Notes: generated by a model not told the origin, from the sequence alone. Counted from the stretch's first letter, positions 1-11,052 are shown. The stretch: DNA of 64,000 nucleotides from Prochlorococcus sp. AG-679-M23 (GCA_003208875.1 QCUR01000006.1:74872-138871); one strand, 5' to 3'. Program-made: numbers and translations.

Positions 1-209
1 TAGTTGTTGATGCAGCTATTGAAACTATTGTTGATTCAGTAGTGGAAGGCAAAAAAGTCTCCATACTGGGATTTGGTTCTTTTGAACCAAGGGACCGTTC
101 TGCTAGACAGGGCTTAAATCCTAAAACTGGGGAAAAAATTGCTATTCCCGCGAAAAGAGTTCCTACATTCTCAGCAGGAAAACTATTTAAGGATAGAGTA
201 CAGGGCTAA
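1..209 (+). CDS. hup: Histone-like DNA-binding protein HU, 5'-truncated by the window edge
   Basis: Frame from nt 3 reads VVDAAIETIVDSVVEGKKVSILGFGSFEPRDRSARQGLNPKTGEKIAIPAKRVPTFSAGKLFKDRVQG*, with the HU GFGxF and NPxTG motifs; TAA at 207-209. Confidence 0.95.
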   Translation, partial: VVDAAIETIVDSVVEGKKVSILGFGSFEPRDRSARQGLNPKTGEKIAIPAKRVPTFSAGKLFKDRVQG

Positions 210-239
210 CATTCTAATAGCTTAATTTGTCCTTAATTT

Positions 240-266
240 AGGTGCTCTTTTTGAGCACCTTTTTTT
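240..266 (+). terminator. Rho-independent terminator of hup
   Basis: Stem AGGTGCTC/GAGCACCT (240-247/253-260), T5 loop, followed by a T-tract. Confidence 0.85.
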
Positions 267-337
267 ATAAAGAAAAAATGGTTGATAATTTTTTTATACT
301 ATTTTTAACATGATTTTATTAGGAGGGTTTTTACTTT

Positions 338-667
338 TTGACTCTTTTTAGTTATAAGAAATTCATATGTTTCTCACTACCTGTATTAGTTTTATTCTTA
401 AATCCTATTTTTGCCGAACAATTATTAACTAAATCGGAAATTTCAAGAAAAGCAAATAAATGCTTTAAAGATTTGCAATATAAAGTATGTAGTAACTTAT
501 TATTGGAAATTGAGAAAATACAGTTAGTTGAGTCTGAACAAAAAAAATATAAATGTCAGGCAAGTATTCTTGGGTTGCAGACAGAACTTATTGAAGCTTA
601 TTACTTTAGAAAGTTAAAGAAAAATAAAAATGGAATGATGCTTCCATATGTGAATAAAAATTGTTAA
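338..667 (+). CDS. Hypothetical protein with N-terminal signal-like segment
   Basis: 109 aa ORF; hydrophobic N-terminus followed by IFA-EQ; several Cys residues. Confidence 0.65.
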   Translation: MTLFSYKKFICFSLPVLVLFLNPIFAEQLLTKSEISRKANKCFKDLQYKVCSNLLLEIEKIQLVESEQKKYKCQASILGLQTELIEAYYFRKLKKNKNGMMLPYVNKNC

Positions 668-721
668 TTCTTGAGAAAAATTTTAAATTTAGAATAATAT
701 TAACTTGTTATAAGGGTTTTA

Positions 722-967
722 ATGGTAAAAGGTTTTTCTGAAAGTGAAGTTAAAAATGATAAACCTATTAAGGATTTGGGAAAAGAGAAAAAAGGTTTAG
801 CTTCTTTTCTTAAAGGAAAAAAATTTACTTATACCTTACCAGGTAAAAAGCAGATTAATATATTTGGTTCAGTTGTATTAGTTTTAAATATAATTTTAGT
901 ACTTTTGGTTATTTTGTATTTTAATAATCAAGGCTTTCATGATTTTATCTTTAATGTTGGTCGATAA
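722..967 (+). CDS. Small hypothetical single-TM protein
   Basis: 81 aa; basic N-terminus and a C-terminal hydrophobic helix. Confidence 0.65.
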   Translation: MVKGFSESEVKNDKPIKDLGKEKKGLASFLKGKKFTYTLPGKKQINIFGSVVLVLNIILVLLVILYFNNQGFHDFIFNVGR

Positions 968-996
968 CTTAATTTTTTATCGAAAGAATTTTAGAA

Positions 997-1284
997 GTGA
1001 TATATTTAAATTTTCATAGGAAATACATGAAGATAGTTAGCTTATTTTTTCAAGTGGTTATATCAGTTGTACTTATTGGATTTTCAGTATACTTTTTAAG
1101 TGGTTATGACTCTGCTTTCGAGGCGGATCAGTCATGTCACTCATATCTTTCAAATTTGTCTGACCCATCAAATAGCTTAGGCTGTGATCATGATACTGAA
1201 ACTCATCAATGGATACTATATGAGACTCAGGATAATTTAGAACCAGCAAAAATTATCAAAAAATATAGATATAAGTTTTTATAG
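997..1284 (+). CDS. Hypothetical membrane-anchored protein (start possibly ATG 1027)
   Basis: One TM helix followed by a small domain containing CH...GCDHDTETHQWILY. Confidence 0.7.
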   Translation: MIYLNFHRKYMKIVSLFFQVVISVVLIGFSVYFLSGYDSAFEADQSCHSYLSNLSDPSNSLGCDHDTETHQWILYETQDNLEPAKIIKKYRYKFL

Positions 1285-1497
1285 TTTAATTTTTTTATAA
1301 AAGAATTTGGCACTTATAATTGAAATGATTGCTGTAATTGTAAAAGTAAGATATTGATATATGCTTCCCTCTTGATAGATATTATTTTTATAAAGAGGAA
1401 AATCTATAAATGAACCAAATGTTCCCCAAATTATTACCCAAGCTGAAATATATAGAGAAATTTTTAATGGATTAGATTTTTTTTCTTCCATTTTCAA
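1279..1497 (-). CDS. Small hypothetical two-TM protein
   Basis: 72 aa with two hydrophobic stretches; start overlaps the hli stop, suggesting coupling. Confidence 0.7.
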   Translation of the reverse strand: MKMEEKKSNPLKISLYISAWVIIWGTFGSFIDFPLYKNNIYQEGSIYQYLTFTITAIISIISAKFFYKKIKL

Positions 1498-1760
1498 TTT
1501 ATACCAAAGATTGAGGAAGTAACAGGTCTTCCTTTAAAAACTAATTCGGTTAATAAGAGCATTAAAAAACCGATCATAGCTGCTCTGCCATTAACAAGTT
1601 CAGCACTACTATTAAATCCAAAAACATCTTTTACTTCATCACCTTGATTATCAACCCACTTTGAATATTCACTATCAGAAGATGTATTATTTGTATCTTC
1701 ATTTAGATTTTCAATAGGACTATTATCCGAATTTTCTAATGGAGGATTTTCTTCTTTCAT
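1494..1760 (-). CDS. hli: High-light-inducible protein (HLIP, LHC motif)
   Basis: GFNSSAELVNGRAAMIGF matches the ExxNGRxAMxG chlorophyll-binding motif. Confidence 0.92.
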   Translation of the reverse strand: MKEENPPLENSDNSPIENLNEDTNNTSSDSEYSKWVDNQGDEVKDVFGFNSSAELVNGRAAMIGFLMLLLTELVFKGRPVTSSIFGIN

Positions 1761-1817
1761 GAAAAATGTCTTTTTAATAATAATAGTGACTTAAAACAAA
1801 TTTCATTGAATTCGATT

Positions 1818-2828
1818 TCAAATATTAAAAAAAATTATGGTAAAAGTAATTATCCATAGTATTTGAAGTCTTAAAATTAATTGACAAATAATATTTATTT
1901 TTTCTTTCGAGCAAATATCACCATTTGAATTAATAATTGGCTTTTCAATAATTTCATCATTGTATTTGTTCTCACCGCCTAATTTGATATTGGAAATATA
2001 TGCAAAAATAGCCTCTGAAATACCAGAATTAGGAGAATCATATTTAATTCCATCAGAGTAACTTTTTTTAATGATAGAAATATATTTTTTAATTTTAGAA
2101 CTGACCAAAGGTAATGTTAATAAAACTAATCTACTTGGAAGGAAAGTTGAACAATCTTCAATTTTTGCACTAAAAAAACCTAGATATTTGTACTGGTCAT
2201 ATTTATAGCCGATCATTGAATCCAAAGTACTTATTGCTTTATATGAAAAGCCAAGTGATAAAGGACCTGGAAGAAAAATCGAAAATTTGATAAAAACTGT
2301 TCCAATAAATATCCAAAAAAGGGGACCAAAAATCCCATCAACTGAATTTTCTGTAAGACTTTCAATACTTGATCTCAAAAGATGCTCTAACGAAGCTGTA
2401 CTCACATCTCTACTTACAATTCTTTGAACTTTTTCTTTAACTATTTGTTCAGTTTTTTGATCAATTTTGTCGTTTATAAGATTTGAAATTTCTTTTACGC
2501 TCGAGATTAGACTTTTTGAAGCTAAACAACTCGATAAGCCTAAGAAGATTAATATTCCAAAAATAAGATTGCTTTTAGATTGAATGAAAATTAATTCAAT
2601 AACCTTACCTATCACAAAGCTTGTCGCGATAGTGGATAGTGCAATAAATAATCCGCCCCAAAATAATACCCACTTATTTTTCTTGAAATAATGGATAAAA
2701 AAATTAGTTATTTGTTTTATGTAAATCCCAATTATTTGTACAGGATGGATGATAAACCTTGGATCACCAATTAAAAGATCAAACCCAATCGAGCCAATAA
2801 ATATATAATATAAATTTATTTCAGCCAA
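1818..2828 (-). CDS. cbiB: Adenosylcobinamide-phosphate synthase CbiB/CobD
   Basis: GDP...[27 protein letters not shown] and SPNSG motifs. Confidence 0.92.
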   Translation of the reverse strand: MAEINLYYIFIGSIGFDLLIGDPRFIIHPVQIIGIYIKQITNFFIHYFKKNKWVLFWGGLFIALSTIATSFVIGKVIELIFIQSKSNLIFGILIFLGLSSCLASKSLISSVKEISNLINDKIDQKTEQIVKEKVQRIVSRDVSTASLEHLLRSSIESLTENSVDGIFGPLFWIFIGTVFIKFSIFLPGPLSLGFSYKAISTLDSMIGYKYDQYKYLGFFSAKIEDCSTFLPSRLVLLTLPLVSSKIKKYISIIKKSYSDGIKYDSPNSGISEAIFAYISNIKLGGENKYNDEIIEKPIINSNGDICSKEKINIICQLILRLQILWIITFTIIFFNI

Positions 2829-3805
2829 CTGAACATAGCACGAAGACCTTTCCCAACTTTTTCTATCTCGTGTTTAGAATTTTCTTCTCTCAATTTTGTC
2901 ATTAAGGGTTTGTTATTATCACATTCATCTACAAAATTCTTAGCGAAAGTACCATCTTGAATATCTTTTAAAATTTTTTGCATTTCTCTCTTTGTATCAT
3001 TATTTATAAGTCTTTTCCCACTTACATAATCACCATATTCTGCAGTATTTGAAATTGAATCTCTCATTTGAGATAATCCTCCCTTGACCATAAGATCGAC
3101 AATTAACTTTACTTCGTGTAAACACTCAAAATATGCTAATTCGGGTTGATATCCTGCCTCAACGAGAGTTTCAAATCCTGATTTAACTAGTTCTGATAAA
3201 CCACCACATAGAACTGCCTGTTCTCCAAAAAGATCTGTTTCAGTTTCTTCTTTGAAATTTGTTTCAAGAATTCCAGCTCTTGTACCTCCAATACCCTTGG
3301 CATAAGACATAGCTAATGATCTCGCATTGCCTGAATAGTCCTGTTCAACTGCAAATAGAGCAGGAACTCCTTGGCCATTCTGATATTCCCAACGAACAGT
3401 ATGTCCAGGCCCTTTTGGTGCAATCATTACAACGTCGACAAAACTAGGTGGCTTAATGAGTTCGAATCTTATATTGAATCCATGAGCAAAACTTAATATT
3501 TTACCTTCTTTTAAATTTGGTTCTATCTCTTTGATATAAACCTCTTTTTGGAACTCATCTGGAAGCAGAATCATAATCCAATCTGCTTTTTCACAAGCCT
3601 CAGAAACAGTAAATACTTTTAATCCATCATTAATAGCTTTGCTTTCAGAATTACTACCTTTGTATAACCCTACTATTACATCCATTCCACTGTCTTTAAG
3701 ATTTAAAGCGTGTGCATGGCCTTGTGAACCGTAGCCTATTATTGCGATAGTTTTATTTTTTAATAGACTTAGGTCAGCATCTATGTCATAAAAGAGTTGT
3801 GTCAT
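2816..3805 (-). CDS. ilvC: Ketol-acid reductoisomerase
   Basis: [22 protein letters not shown] and [14 protein letters not shown] motifs. Confidence 0.98.
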   Translation of the reverse strand: MTQLFYDIDADLSLLKNKTIAIIGYGSQGHAHALNLKDSGMDVIVGLYKGSNSESKAINDGLKVFTVSEACEKADWIMILLPDEFQKEVYIKEIEPNLKEGKILSFAHGFNIRFELIKPPSFVDVVMIAPKGPGHTVRWEYQNGQGVPALFAVEQDYSGNARSLAMSYAKGIGGTRAGILETNFKEETETDLFGEQAVLCGGLSELVKSGFETLVEAGYQPELAYFECLHEVKLIVDLMVKGGLSQMRDSISNTAEYGDYVSGKRLINNDTKREMQKILKDIQDGTFAKNFVDECDNNKPLMTKLREENSKHEIEKVGKGLRAMFSWLK

Positions 3806-3921
3806 TAGTTGTAACTTCTAAACTTTTGATAGTTAATATTTTAGACATTAAAGGTGTAAATAAACCATATAATTGCTCATTTAAAAATTAATATTTAAAT
3901 ATTAATTTTAGAAAATAAGAG

Positions 3922-4527
3922 CTAGCTGGCCTCGCTTGGATGTGAAATTACTCTATCAATTAGCCCATAGTTTTTAGCTTCTTCAGCACTTAAAAAATAA
4001 TCTCTGTCAGTATCTTTCTCTATTTTTTCAAAGGATTGTCCTGTCATATCAGACATAGAGTGATTCAACATATCTTTAATTCTCAGTATTTCTTTAGCTT
4101 CTATTTCAATATCGCTAGCCTGACGTTGTGAAGTCCCTCCCAGTGGTTGATGAATCATAATTCGACTATGAGGAAGAGCAACCCTTTTACCTTTAGTACC
4201 AGCACCTAGTAAAAATGCTCCCATTGAGGCTGCAAGACCTACGCATATAGTGACAACATCGCTTTTTACATATTTGATAGTGTCATATATTGCTAAACCC
4301 GCAGTGACTGATCCGCCAGGACTATTTATGTAAAGATAAATAGGTTTTGTATTATCATCAGAATCAAGGTAGAGCATTTGAGCTACTAAGCTGTTCGCAA
4401 TTCCATCATTAACTTCTTGCCCGAGAAATAAAATCCTCTCAACCCCCAATCTTGTATAAATGTCTACCCATCTTTCGTATTGACTACCTGGGAGTCTATA
4501 AGGGACGCTTGGAGTTCCTATTGGCAT
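3922..4527 (-). CDS. clpP: ATP-dependent Clp protease proteolytic subunit
   Basis: YINSPGG, catalytic AASM, MIHQP and DTDRD motifs. Confidence 0.97.
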   Translation of the reverse strand: MPIGTPSVPYRLPGSQYERWVDIYTRLGVERILFLGQEVNDGIANSLVAQMLYLDSDDNTKPIYLYINSPGGSVTAGLAIYDTIKYVKSDVVTICVGLAASMGAFLLGAGTKGKRVALPHSRIMIHQPLGGTSQRQASDIEIEAKEILRIKDMLNHSMSDMTGQSFEKIEKDTDRDYFLSAEEAKNYGLIDRVISHPSEAS

Positions 4528-4560
4528 AATTTTAAAAAAGTAGTGAGTTAAAAGTAAGGA

Positions 4561-5223
4561 TTAAATGTTATTTGGCAAATCTTTTTGACTTGTGAGTATT
4601 CTATCTATCACTCCATAATCTAGAGCTTCTTGAGGGTTAAGATAACTCATCCTGTCAGAGTCTTTCGAGAGCTCTTCAATACTTTTACCAGTATTGCGTG
4701 ATAGGATCTCCAGCATTGATTTTTTATTTTTTAATACCTCTTCTGCTCTTATTTGGATATCAGTTGCTTGCCCTCTAGCACCACTAATTGGTTGATGAAG
4801 AACAATGGAAGCATGTGGGAGAGCTGCTCTATGCCCTTTAGTCCCTGAAGACAAGATAACTGCCGCTGTTCCCATTGCTTGTCCAATACAAATTGTATGT
4901 ATAGGAGGTTTAATGTAGTTGATGGTATCACAAATAGCAAAAGCTTCTGTCTCAAAACCAACCGCATCTCCGGTATACCAGCTAGTGCCTGTTGAATTTA
5001 TATAAAAATATATAGGTTTGTCTGGATCATCAAATTCTAAATAAAGGAGTTGAGCAATAATTAGCTCGGTAACATCCATTCCTAATTGTCTTTTAGCGTC
5101 ATCGTCTGAAAATAACGGCAATCCTAGGTATACAATTCTCTCTTTTAGCAGAAGAGAAGGTAAATCTGGTGGAGGAGTCCTCATAGCGGTATTTTCACCG
5201 TAATAAGGAGCAGATACAGTCAT
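4561..5223 (-). CDS. clpR: ClpR-type non-catalytic Clp subunit
   Basis: PPDLPSLLLKERIVYLG N-terminus; catalytic Ser position altered (QAMGTAA); directly upstream of clpP. Confidence 0.9.
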   Translation of the reverse strand: MTVSAPYYGENTAMRTPPPDLPSLLLKERIVYLGLPLFSDDDAKRQLGMDVTELIIAQLLYLEFDDPDKPIYFYINSTGTSWYTGDAVGFETEAFAICDTINYIKPPIHTICIGQAMGTAAVILSSGTKGHRAALPHASIVLHQPISGARGQATDIQIRAEEVLKNKKSMLEILSRNTGKSIEELSKDSDRMSYLNPQEALDYGVIDRILTSQKDLPNNI

Positions 5224-5263
5224 ATGTTCTACAAAATAAATTCTAGTTTGATTCTAGCTATAT

Positions 5264-6373
5264 TTATCCCTGTGTCGCTGGAGATTTAAAAGATTTGTTT
5301 GACTCCGGATTATTTATCAATTTCCCAAATACCATTCTTCCAGTTGGCGTTTGCAATGCACCAGTGATAACTACGTCTAGTCTTTCTCCAACAAATTTCT
5401 TTGCATCATCAATTACGACCATTGTTCCATCATCTAAATATCCAATTCCTTGCAATTTTTCTTTACCCTCTCTGACTATTTTTATATTAAGTGATTCTCC
5501 AGGCTGTACTTCTGGCCTTAAAGCTATAACTAAATCGCTCAAATTCATAACTTTTAATTCTTTTACCTCTGCAATTTGAGAAAGGTTATAATCTGCCGTA
5601 ATTAAAGTACCTGCCATATCCTCCGTAATTCTTAGAAGTTTTTCATCTACACCATTCCCCTCATATTTAGTTGGGTTTATTACAAGTCTTCTTCCATATA
5701 GTTCTCTCAGCTCTTTTAATAATTTAAGACCTCTTCTTCCTTTTCCTCTTTTTTCGTTACTACTAGAGTCAGCTAAAGTTTGTAGCTCATCAATTACACT
5801 TTGGGCCACAATTAATTGCCCCTCAAGTAATCCACAGCTTAATAAACCATTTATCCTTCCATCAATTATTACACTAGTATCAAGAATTTTTGGGCTTGCT
5901 GCTGGAATTATTCCTTCGTTTACCAAATAAGCGTCGGTATTAGTAGGATTAAAAAGTCTTAACAATGTCCTGCCGTGAGTATCAGCTAATTTATAACCAA
6001 GTGCCCCAAAGAAAAAATTACTAAGAATGGCTGCTAAAGGTTTTGCAAAAAATACTTCCCTTGGAAATGGAATCAACAATATTGGAGCAAGTAGTAGATT
6101 TGCAACAAGTAATCCCAAAATTAACCCTACCGCTCTACTTATTAATAAATCCGTAGGCATTGTACGTATTTGATCAAGGAATGTCTTTCTAAGCTGTAAA
6201 AATACAAAACCTGCTGCTAATCCAATAAAAAATCCTATTATCGCTAGTACAATTCTAAAACCTTCTACATTAGAGACTTGTTTAAGTATGTCTATTGGTA
6301 GAAGATCAACCCCAAGCCATCCTGATGCTGCTCCAGACAATACAAATAAAATTAGTACTAAGATATCTGTCAT
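5264..6373 (-). CDS. Membrane PIN/TRAM-domain protein (YacL/Ycf81 family)
   Basis: N-terminal TM helices, PIN motif ILDTSVIIDGRI, TRAM motif GIGYLDDGTMVV...LQTPTGRMVF. Confidence 0.9.
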   Translation of the reverse strand: MTDILVLILFVLSGAASGWLGVDLLPIDILKQVSNVEGFRIVLAIIGFFIGLAAGFVFLQLRKTFLDQIRTMPTDLLISRAVGLILGLLVANLLLAPILLIPFPREVFFAKPLAAILSNFFFGALGYKLADTHGRTLLRLFNPTNTDAYLVNEGIIPAASPKILDTSVIIDGRINGLLSCGLLEGQLIVAQSVIDELQTLADSSSNEKRGKGRRGLKLLKELRELYGRRLVINPTKYEGNGVDEKLLRITEDMAGTLITADYNLSQIAEVKELKVMNLSDLVIALRPEVQPGESLNIKIVREGKEKLQGIGYLDDGTMVVIDDAKKFVGERLDVVITGALQTPTGRMVFGKLINNPESNKSFKSPATQG

Positions 6374-6468
6374 ATATATAATCTACTAGGATTTATTAAT
6401 TGAGTAAATAAAGATTTTATTTTAAAAACTCCTTTATGTTTTTTTTTTAAGCTTTATATTTTGTTTCT

Positions 6469-7695
6469 ATGATGAATAAATTGCCAAGAAGTGCTTACGT
6501 ACACATACCTTTTTGCCACAGAAGATGTTTCTATTGTGATTTTGCAGTTATACCTTTAGGCAATAAAATCGAAAGTTTAGAGGGATTTGGGAGTAAAACC
6601 GTAAAAGAATATTTAACCTATTTAAAAAAAGAAATATTATCAATCAAACATAAATCTCCTCTTTCAACAATTTATATCGGTGGTGGAACTCCTTCAATTT
6701 TACATCCCTTACAGATTAAAGATTTAATAAATCTTTTTAAGGAGAGTTATAAAATTGATTATGGTGCCGAAATTACAATGGAAGTTGACCCAGCCAGTTT
6801 TAATGAGGATGATCTATATGGGTTTATAAAGGCTGGGATTAATAGATTTAGTCTTGGTGTTCAAAGTTTTAATAATAAGGTTCTAGTACAGGCAGGCAGA
6901 AGACATTGCAGTAAAGATGTAGAAAATTCTTGTTTTTGGTTAAAGAGCGCATATGATCATGGTCTTATAAAAAGTTGGAGTTTGGATTTAATTCAAAATT
7001 TACCAAGAAGTGGGTTTAAAAAATGGCAAGAAGACTTAAAACAATCATTAAAGTTCTGTCCTCCACACATATCAATTTATGATTTAAGTATTGAGAATGG
7101 CACTGTTTTTAAGAAATTAGTTGACTTAGGTAAACTATCTTTACCAAATGATGATGAAGCTTATAAAAATAGTGAGTTAACAAATTTTATCTTGAAAGCT
7201 TCAGGTTATTCAAGATATGAAATTTCTAATTACTCTATTCCTGGACATCAATCAAGACATAATAGAGTTTATTGGAAAGGTTTAGGATGGTGGAGTTTTG
7301 GTCAAGGGTCGACTAGTTCTCCTTGGGGGGATAATTTTACAAGGCCAAGAATTAGTAAAGATTATAAAAAATGGGTAACTAAGCAATGCGAAATCAAATT
7401 AGAATATTCACTCATTAATCAAAAAAATATTTATAAAGAATTGGATGAGAAAATAATGTTAGGAATGAGACTTAAAGAGGGCATTAATATTTATAACTTA
7501 TTAAATGAACAAAATTGGGATAATAAAAAGTCCAAAATAGCTTTAACAAAGTTATTAAAAGCATGGGCCCCCTTCCTAGAGAGTGGCCTTTTGATTAAAA
7601 GAGGAAATAGATTTTTTTTAAGTGATCCAAAAGGAATGGAATTAAGCAATCAAATTCTTGTTTCAATGTTTAGGTGGTGGGAAAAATTTAATTGA
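6469..7695 (+). CDS. hemW: Radical SAM heme chaperone HemW (HemN-like)
   Basis: HIPFCHRRCFYCDF, GGGTP, YEISNY and the HemW-type HNxxYW motif (HNRVYW). Confidence 0.85.
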   Translation: MMNKLPRSAYVHIPFCHRRCFYCDFAVIPLGNKIESLEGFGSKTVKEYLTYLKKEILSIKHKSPLSTIYIGGGTPSILHPLQIKDLINLFKESYKIDYGAEITMEVDPASFNEDDLYGFIKAGINRFSLGVQSFNNKVLVQAGRRHCSKDVENSCFWLKSAYDHGLIKSWSLDLIQNLPRSGFKKWQEDLKQSLKFCPPHISIYDLSIENGTVFKKLVDLGKLSLPNDDEAYKNSELTNFILKASGYSRYEISNYSIPGHQSRHNRVYWKGLGWWSFGQGSTSSPWGDNFTRPRISKDYKKWVTKQCEIKLEYSLINQKNIYKELDEKIMLGMRLKEGINIYNLLNEQNWDNKKSKIALTKLLKAWAPFLESGLLIKRGNRFFLSDPKGMELSNQILVSMFRWWEKFN

Positions 7696-8461
7696 GCTTT
7701 TCTGCTGCTACCCATTCTTTTAGTTTTTCACCAAACAATTTTTTCCCATCAATAATTGGTCTACAAAATGGAGGTTGCTTATCATTTAGTCCTAACAAAT
7801 CAGCAGTAACTCTTACTTGTCCATCACAAAATTTCCCTGCACCTATACCTATTGTTGGGATCTCTAATTCGGTTTGAATTTCTTTAGCAAGTAATTCTGG
7901 TATATGTTCTAAAACGATAGAAAAACATCCTAATTTTTCTAGTGATAAAGCATCTCTTTTGATTTTTTCGTGACTTTCTGCATTGTTCCCTTGTTGTTTA
8001 AATCCAAGATTCAAATAGCTCTGCGGAGTAAGCCCTAAATGTCCCATGACAGGAATCCCCATCCTTATCAGCCTTGAAATAACATTCTGTACCTCTGGAT
8101 CAGAACCCTCAACTTTTACTGCCTTTGCATAAGTATTCTTAATTACTTTTCCGGCATATTCAACTGCCTTATTTTCTCCGCATTGATAAGTAAGAAAAGG
8201 CATATCACATACTAATAAGGGCTGTTCTTCTATTACTTTGCTGAACCCTCTAGAAACTGCATTTGTATGATAAATCATATTCTCTAACGTAACAGGCAAG
8301 GTCGATTTATATCCTAAACAGACCATTGCTAAAGAGTCTCCCACCAGAACAATATCTGATCCTGATTGTTCAGCTAGAGAACCTGAAATAGAGTCCCATG
8401 CAGTTAATACAATAATCTTTTGAGATTTTTTTTTATATTTAACTAGTTCTGATGGCAACAT
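7688..8461 (-). CDS. panB: 3-methyl-2-oxobutanoate hydroxymethyltransferase (start moved to ATG 8461)
   Basis: LVGDSL, DMPF, VKVEG, GHLGLTPQ and IGIGAG motifs; the longer start in the track overlaps the SRP RNA. Confidence 0.95.
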   Translation of the reverse strand: MLPSELVKYKKKSQKIIVLTAWDSISGSLAEQSGSDIVLVGDSLAMVCLGYKSTLPVTLENMIYHTNAVSRGFSKVIEEQPLLVCDMPFLTYQCGENKAVEYAGKVIKNTYAKAVKVEGSDPEVQNVISRLIRMGIPVMGHLGLTPQSYLNLGFKQQGNNAESHEKIKRDALSLEKLGCFSIVLEHIPELLAKEIQTELEIPTIGIGAGKFCDGQVRVTADLLGLNDKQPPFCRPIIDGKKLFGEKLKEWVAAEKLN

Positions 8462-8505
8462 AAAAGCTATGTATCTTTTTTTATCAAAAATTGCTAATAT
8501 TATTT

Positions 8506-8601
8506 TGACTCGGCCTTTCGCGGTTTTAACGCCCAAACCTGGTCAGGATCGGAAGGTAGCAGCCACAAGGGATGCTTGAGGCAGGCGAGATAACCGAGTC
8601 A
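8506..8601 (+). ncRNA. ffs: SRP (4.5S) RNA
   Basis: GC-rich segment with paired ends TGACTCGG/CCGAGTCA and the domain IV motif TCAGGATCGGAAGGTAGCAGC. Confidence 0.93.
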
Positions 8602-8615
8602 CTCAATTTTAGCGA

Positions 8616-9731
8616 TTATTCGATATCTTTTTTATTCTGCCTTAATCTTAAAAACTCTGGAATATTAGTACCTGTGTCTTTATTATCAGAAATATTATAA
8701 AGAGGCTGATTAGATAATCTATTTTTAATCCTTTGTTGTTTTAACGGTTGATTAGTTTCGAAACCTGTTGCAATAACAGTTACCTGTATTTCCCCTTCCA
8801 TTGATTCATCTATAACAGCACCTACTATTATGTTTGCTTCTGGATCTACAACATCATAAATAATTTCTGAAGCTGAGGTCATATCTTCTAATGTCATATC
8901 TTTCCCCCCTGTAATATTTATCACACAACCTTTGGCCCCATCAATTCTTGCCGCTTCTAATAAAGGGCTATTCATTGCCGCTTGAGCAGCCTCTAATGCT
9001 CTAGATCTACCAGAACCAATACCTATACCAAGTAGAGCAGTGCCAGCTTCAGTCATTACGGACCTAACATCAGCAAAATCAACGTTAACTAATCCGGGGC
9101 ATGTAATTATATCACTTATACCTTTAACTCCCATCCTTAAAACATCATCAGCATTTCTAAAGGCTTCTTGAAGTGGAGCTCCTGCAATTACGTCTTTTAA
9201 ACGATCATTTGGAATCACAATTAGCGTATCAACGTTTTCTGCTAATCTTGCGATCCCTTCTTCTGCCTGACGCATTCTCCTTTTACCTTCAAAAGAAAAT
9301 GGCTTGGTTACTATTCCAACAGTTAAAGCACCACTTTGCTTGGCAACCTCAGCAACTACTGGAGCTGCTCCTGTCCCAGTTCCTCCTCCCATACCTGCGG
9401 CAATAAAAACCAAGTCAGATCCCTCTAATGTTTGTTGCAATTCATCTTTAGATTCCTCAGCAGCTTTTTGACCAATACTTGGATTTCCTCCTGCTCCAAG
9501 ACCTCTTGTTAAGTTCTGTCCTAGTTGAACTCTTCTATCTGCAGAAGATTGTAATAATGCTTGCGCGTCAGTATTTAAAACTCTGAATGAAACGCCTTCA
9601 AGATCACTATCAATCATCCTGTTTACAGCATTACTACCACCCCCCCCGACACCAATAACTTCAATTTTGGCATTCTGACTTGGAAGGATGTCTTTTGATT
9701 GATCAAAGTTTGGATTGTTTCCGAAGCTCAT
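8616..9731 (-). CDS. ftsZ: Cell division protein FtsZ
   Basis: [25 protein letters not shown] and the C-terminal IPEFLR motif. Confidence 0.99.
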   Translation of the reverse strand: MSFGNNPNFDQSKDILPSQNAKIEVIGVGGGGSNAVNRMIDSDLEGVSFRVLNTDAQALLQSSADRRVQLGQNLTRGLGAGGNPSIGQKAAEESKDELQQTLEGSDLVFIAAGMGGGTGTGAAPVVAEVAKQSGALTVGIVTKPFSFEGKRRMRQAEEGIARLAENVDTLIVIPNDRLKDVIAGAPLQEAFRNADDVLRMGVKGISDIITCPGLVNVDFADVRSVMTEAGTALLGIGIGSGRSRALEAAQAAMNSPLLEAARIDGAKGCVINITGGKDMTLEDMTSASEIIYDVVDPEANIIVGAVIDESMEGEIQVTVIATGFETNQPLKQQRIKNRLSNQPLYNISDNKDTGTNIPEFLRLRQNKKDIE

Positions 9732-9908
9732 CTCTAAATAAAATCAAATACTAGTATTGGATGCATTATGAACTCACTAAGCTGATATGTAGGATTTTCT
9801 TGAAGAAAGTCCTTAAATATTAACTTGTCAAAAATTAGAGTGAATAACCGAAACCCTTTCAATTACTGATCTAATCAAAAAAACTTTTATGAAATTTGTT
9901 TTCAATTA

Positions 9909-10634
9909 TTAGGGTTTGAACACTTTAATTTTTGGATTTTCGGGGTCAGTTAGGTCGATATTATCTATTTTTTCTAAAATATTATTTTCTTTTATTTGGT
10001 TTTTAATATTATTGACTATTTGTAATTGATTTTCTATTTTTTTTGGATTAAATCCTAACAATATTGTTTTAAGACTTTTTTCCTCTAAAGTTAAAAAGCC
10101 ATTAGGGGAGAAAGTTATTGTAATGAATTCAACATCGTTATATTTTTGGTAATTCAAAATCTTTGATAATGTCTTTCTAAAATTTTCTTTCCATCCAAAA
10201 ACTTTACTAGTTATTTTTTTCAAATTTTCTTGATCTGAATATTTTAGACTGATGAAGAAACCCTCTTCATCAATAAAACCAGTTATTTTTTCCCCTTTAA
10301 AAATCCGTTCGCCATAAGCTATTGGAGTTCTTGTTTTAATTAGAATTTTTAAACCAAAAGGGAATATTTGTCTAAAAATTGAAACATTCTTTAGAGATAA
10401 ATTCTTTTTTAATTCTTTTTCTGCGTATGTGGTCTTGATAAATATCAATGAGGTTGGGAGATTTATAGATGAGTTAGCAACTATATCGTCGATAGAAAAT
10501 AACTCGCTACCAACAATAGAAATTTCTTGGTAATTAACTTTTTTAAAAGTTTGTGAGGTTGCATAGCTTGTAAAAAATAAAAAAGTAATTAACAAAAAGA
10601 ACCTTCTATTCTTCAATTTTTGTTGATCCTTCAC
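9909..10634 (-). CDS. ftsQ: Cell division protein FtsQ/DivIB
   Basis: Single TM, POTRA-like region, C-terminal IDLTDPENP; lies between ddl and ftsZ. Confidence 0.85.
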   Translation of the reverse strand: MKDQQKLKNRRFFLLITFLFFTSYATSQTFKKVNYQEISIVGSELFSIDDIVANSSINLPTSLIFIKTTYAEKELKKNLSLKNVSIFRQIFPFGLKILIKTRTPIAYGERIFKGEKITGFIDEEGFFISLKYSDQENLKKITSKVFGWKENFRKTLSKILNYQKYNDVEFITITFSPNGFLTLEEKSLKTILLGFNPKKIENQLQIVNNIKNQIKENNILEKIDNIDLTDPENPKIKVFKP

Positions 10635-11041
10635 AAATCACATCTAACTTTTTTCATAAGTTGATCCATCCACTCTCTTGCCCTCTCTGCATCTGAAAAT
10701 GGAACATCCATCTCTTTCCCATTCCCAACGAGTCTAAGCCTACACTTACCTTGAGATTCATTGGTTAAAGGAGCTTCTCCTGAGGTAAGGGCCAATAACT
10801 CTACTAGTTCAAGTTTCTTTATTGTAAAACTATCTTTTTCTTCAAATATTCCAGCTTCAAACGCACTCCATCTTAATTCACCATCCTTTAAAAAAGCTGC
10901 ACCAGAACTATCTAATTTGCAAATTTCAGAACCACTCGCCCAATTCCTAAAAAGATTTTGCCTTCTTCTTTCTAACCAACCAAGAGCTGTTAAAAGAACG
11001 AAGATTAAAAGTAATGGTAACCAAAGAAGTCCTTGCAACAT
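10631..11041 (-). CDS. Conserved-looking hypothetical membrane-anchored protein
   Basis: 136 aa, N-terminal TM; embedded in the ddl-ftsQ run and overlapping the ftsQ start. Confidence 0.8.
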   Translation of the reverse strand: MLQGLLWLPLLLIFVLLTALGWLERRRQNLFRNWASGSEICKLDSSGAAFLKDGELRWSAFEAGIFEEKDSFTIKKLELVELLALTSGEAPLTNESQGKCRLRLVGNGKEMDVPFSDAERAREWMDQLMKKVRCDL

Positions 11042-11052
11042 TTGACCTTAAT

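Noticed and set aside
8462..8536. N-terminal extension of panB in the ORF track
   Set aside because: It overlaps the SRP RNA; PanB-like sequence begins at ATG 8461.
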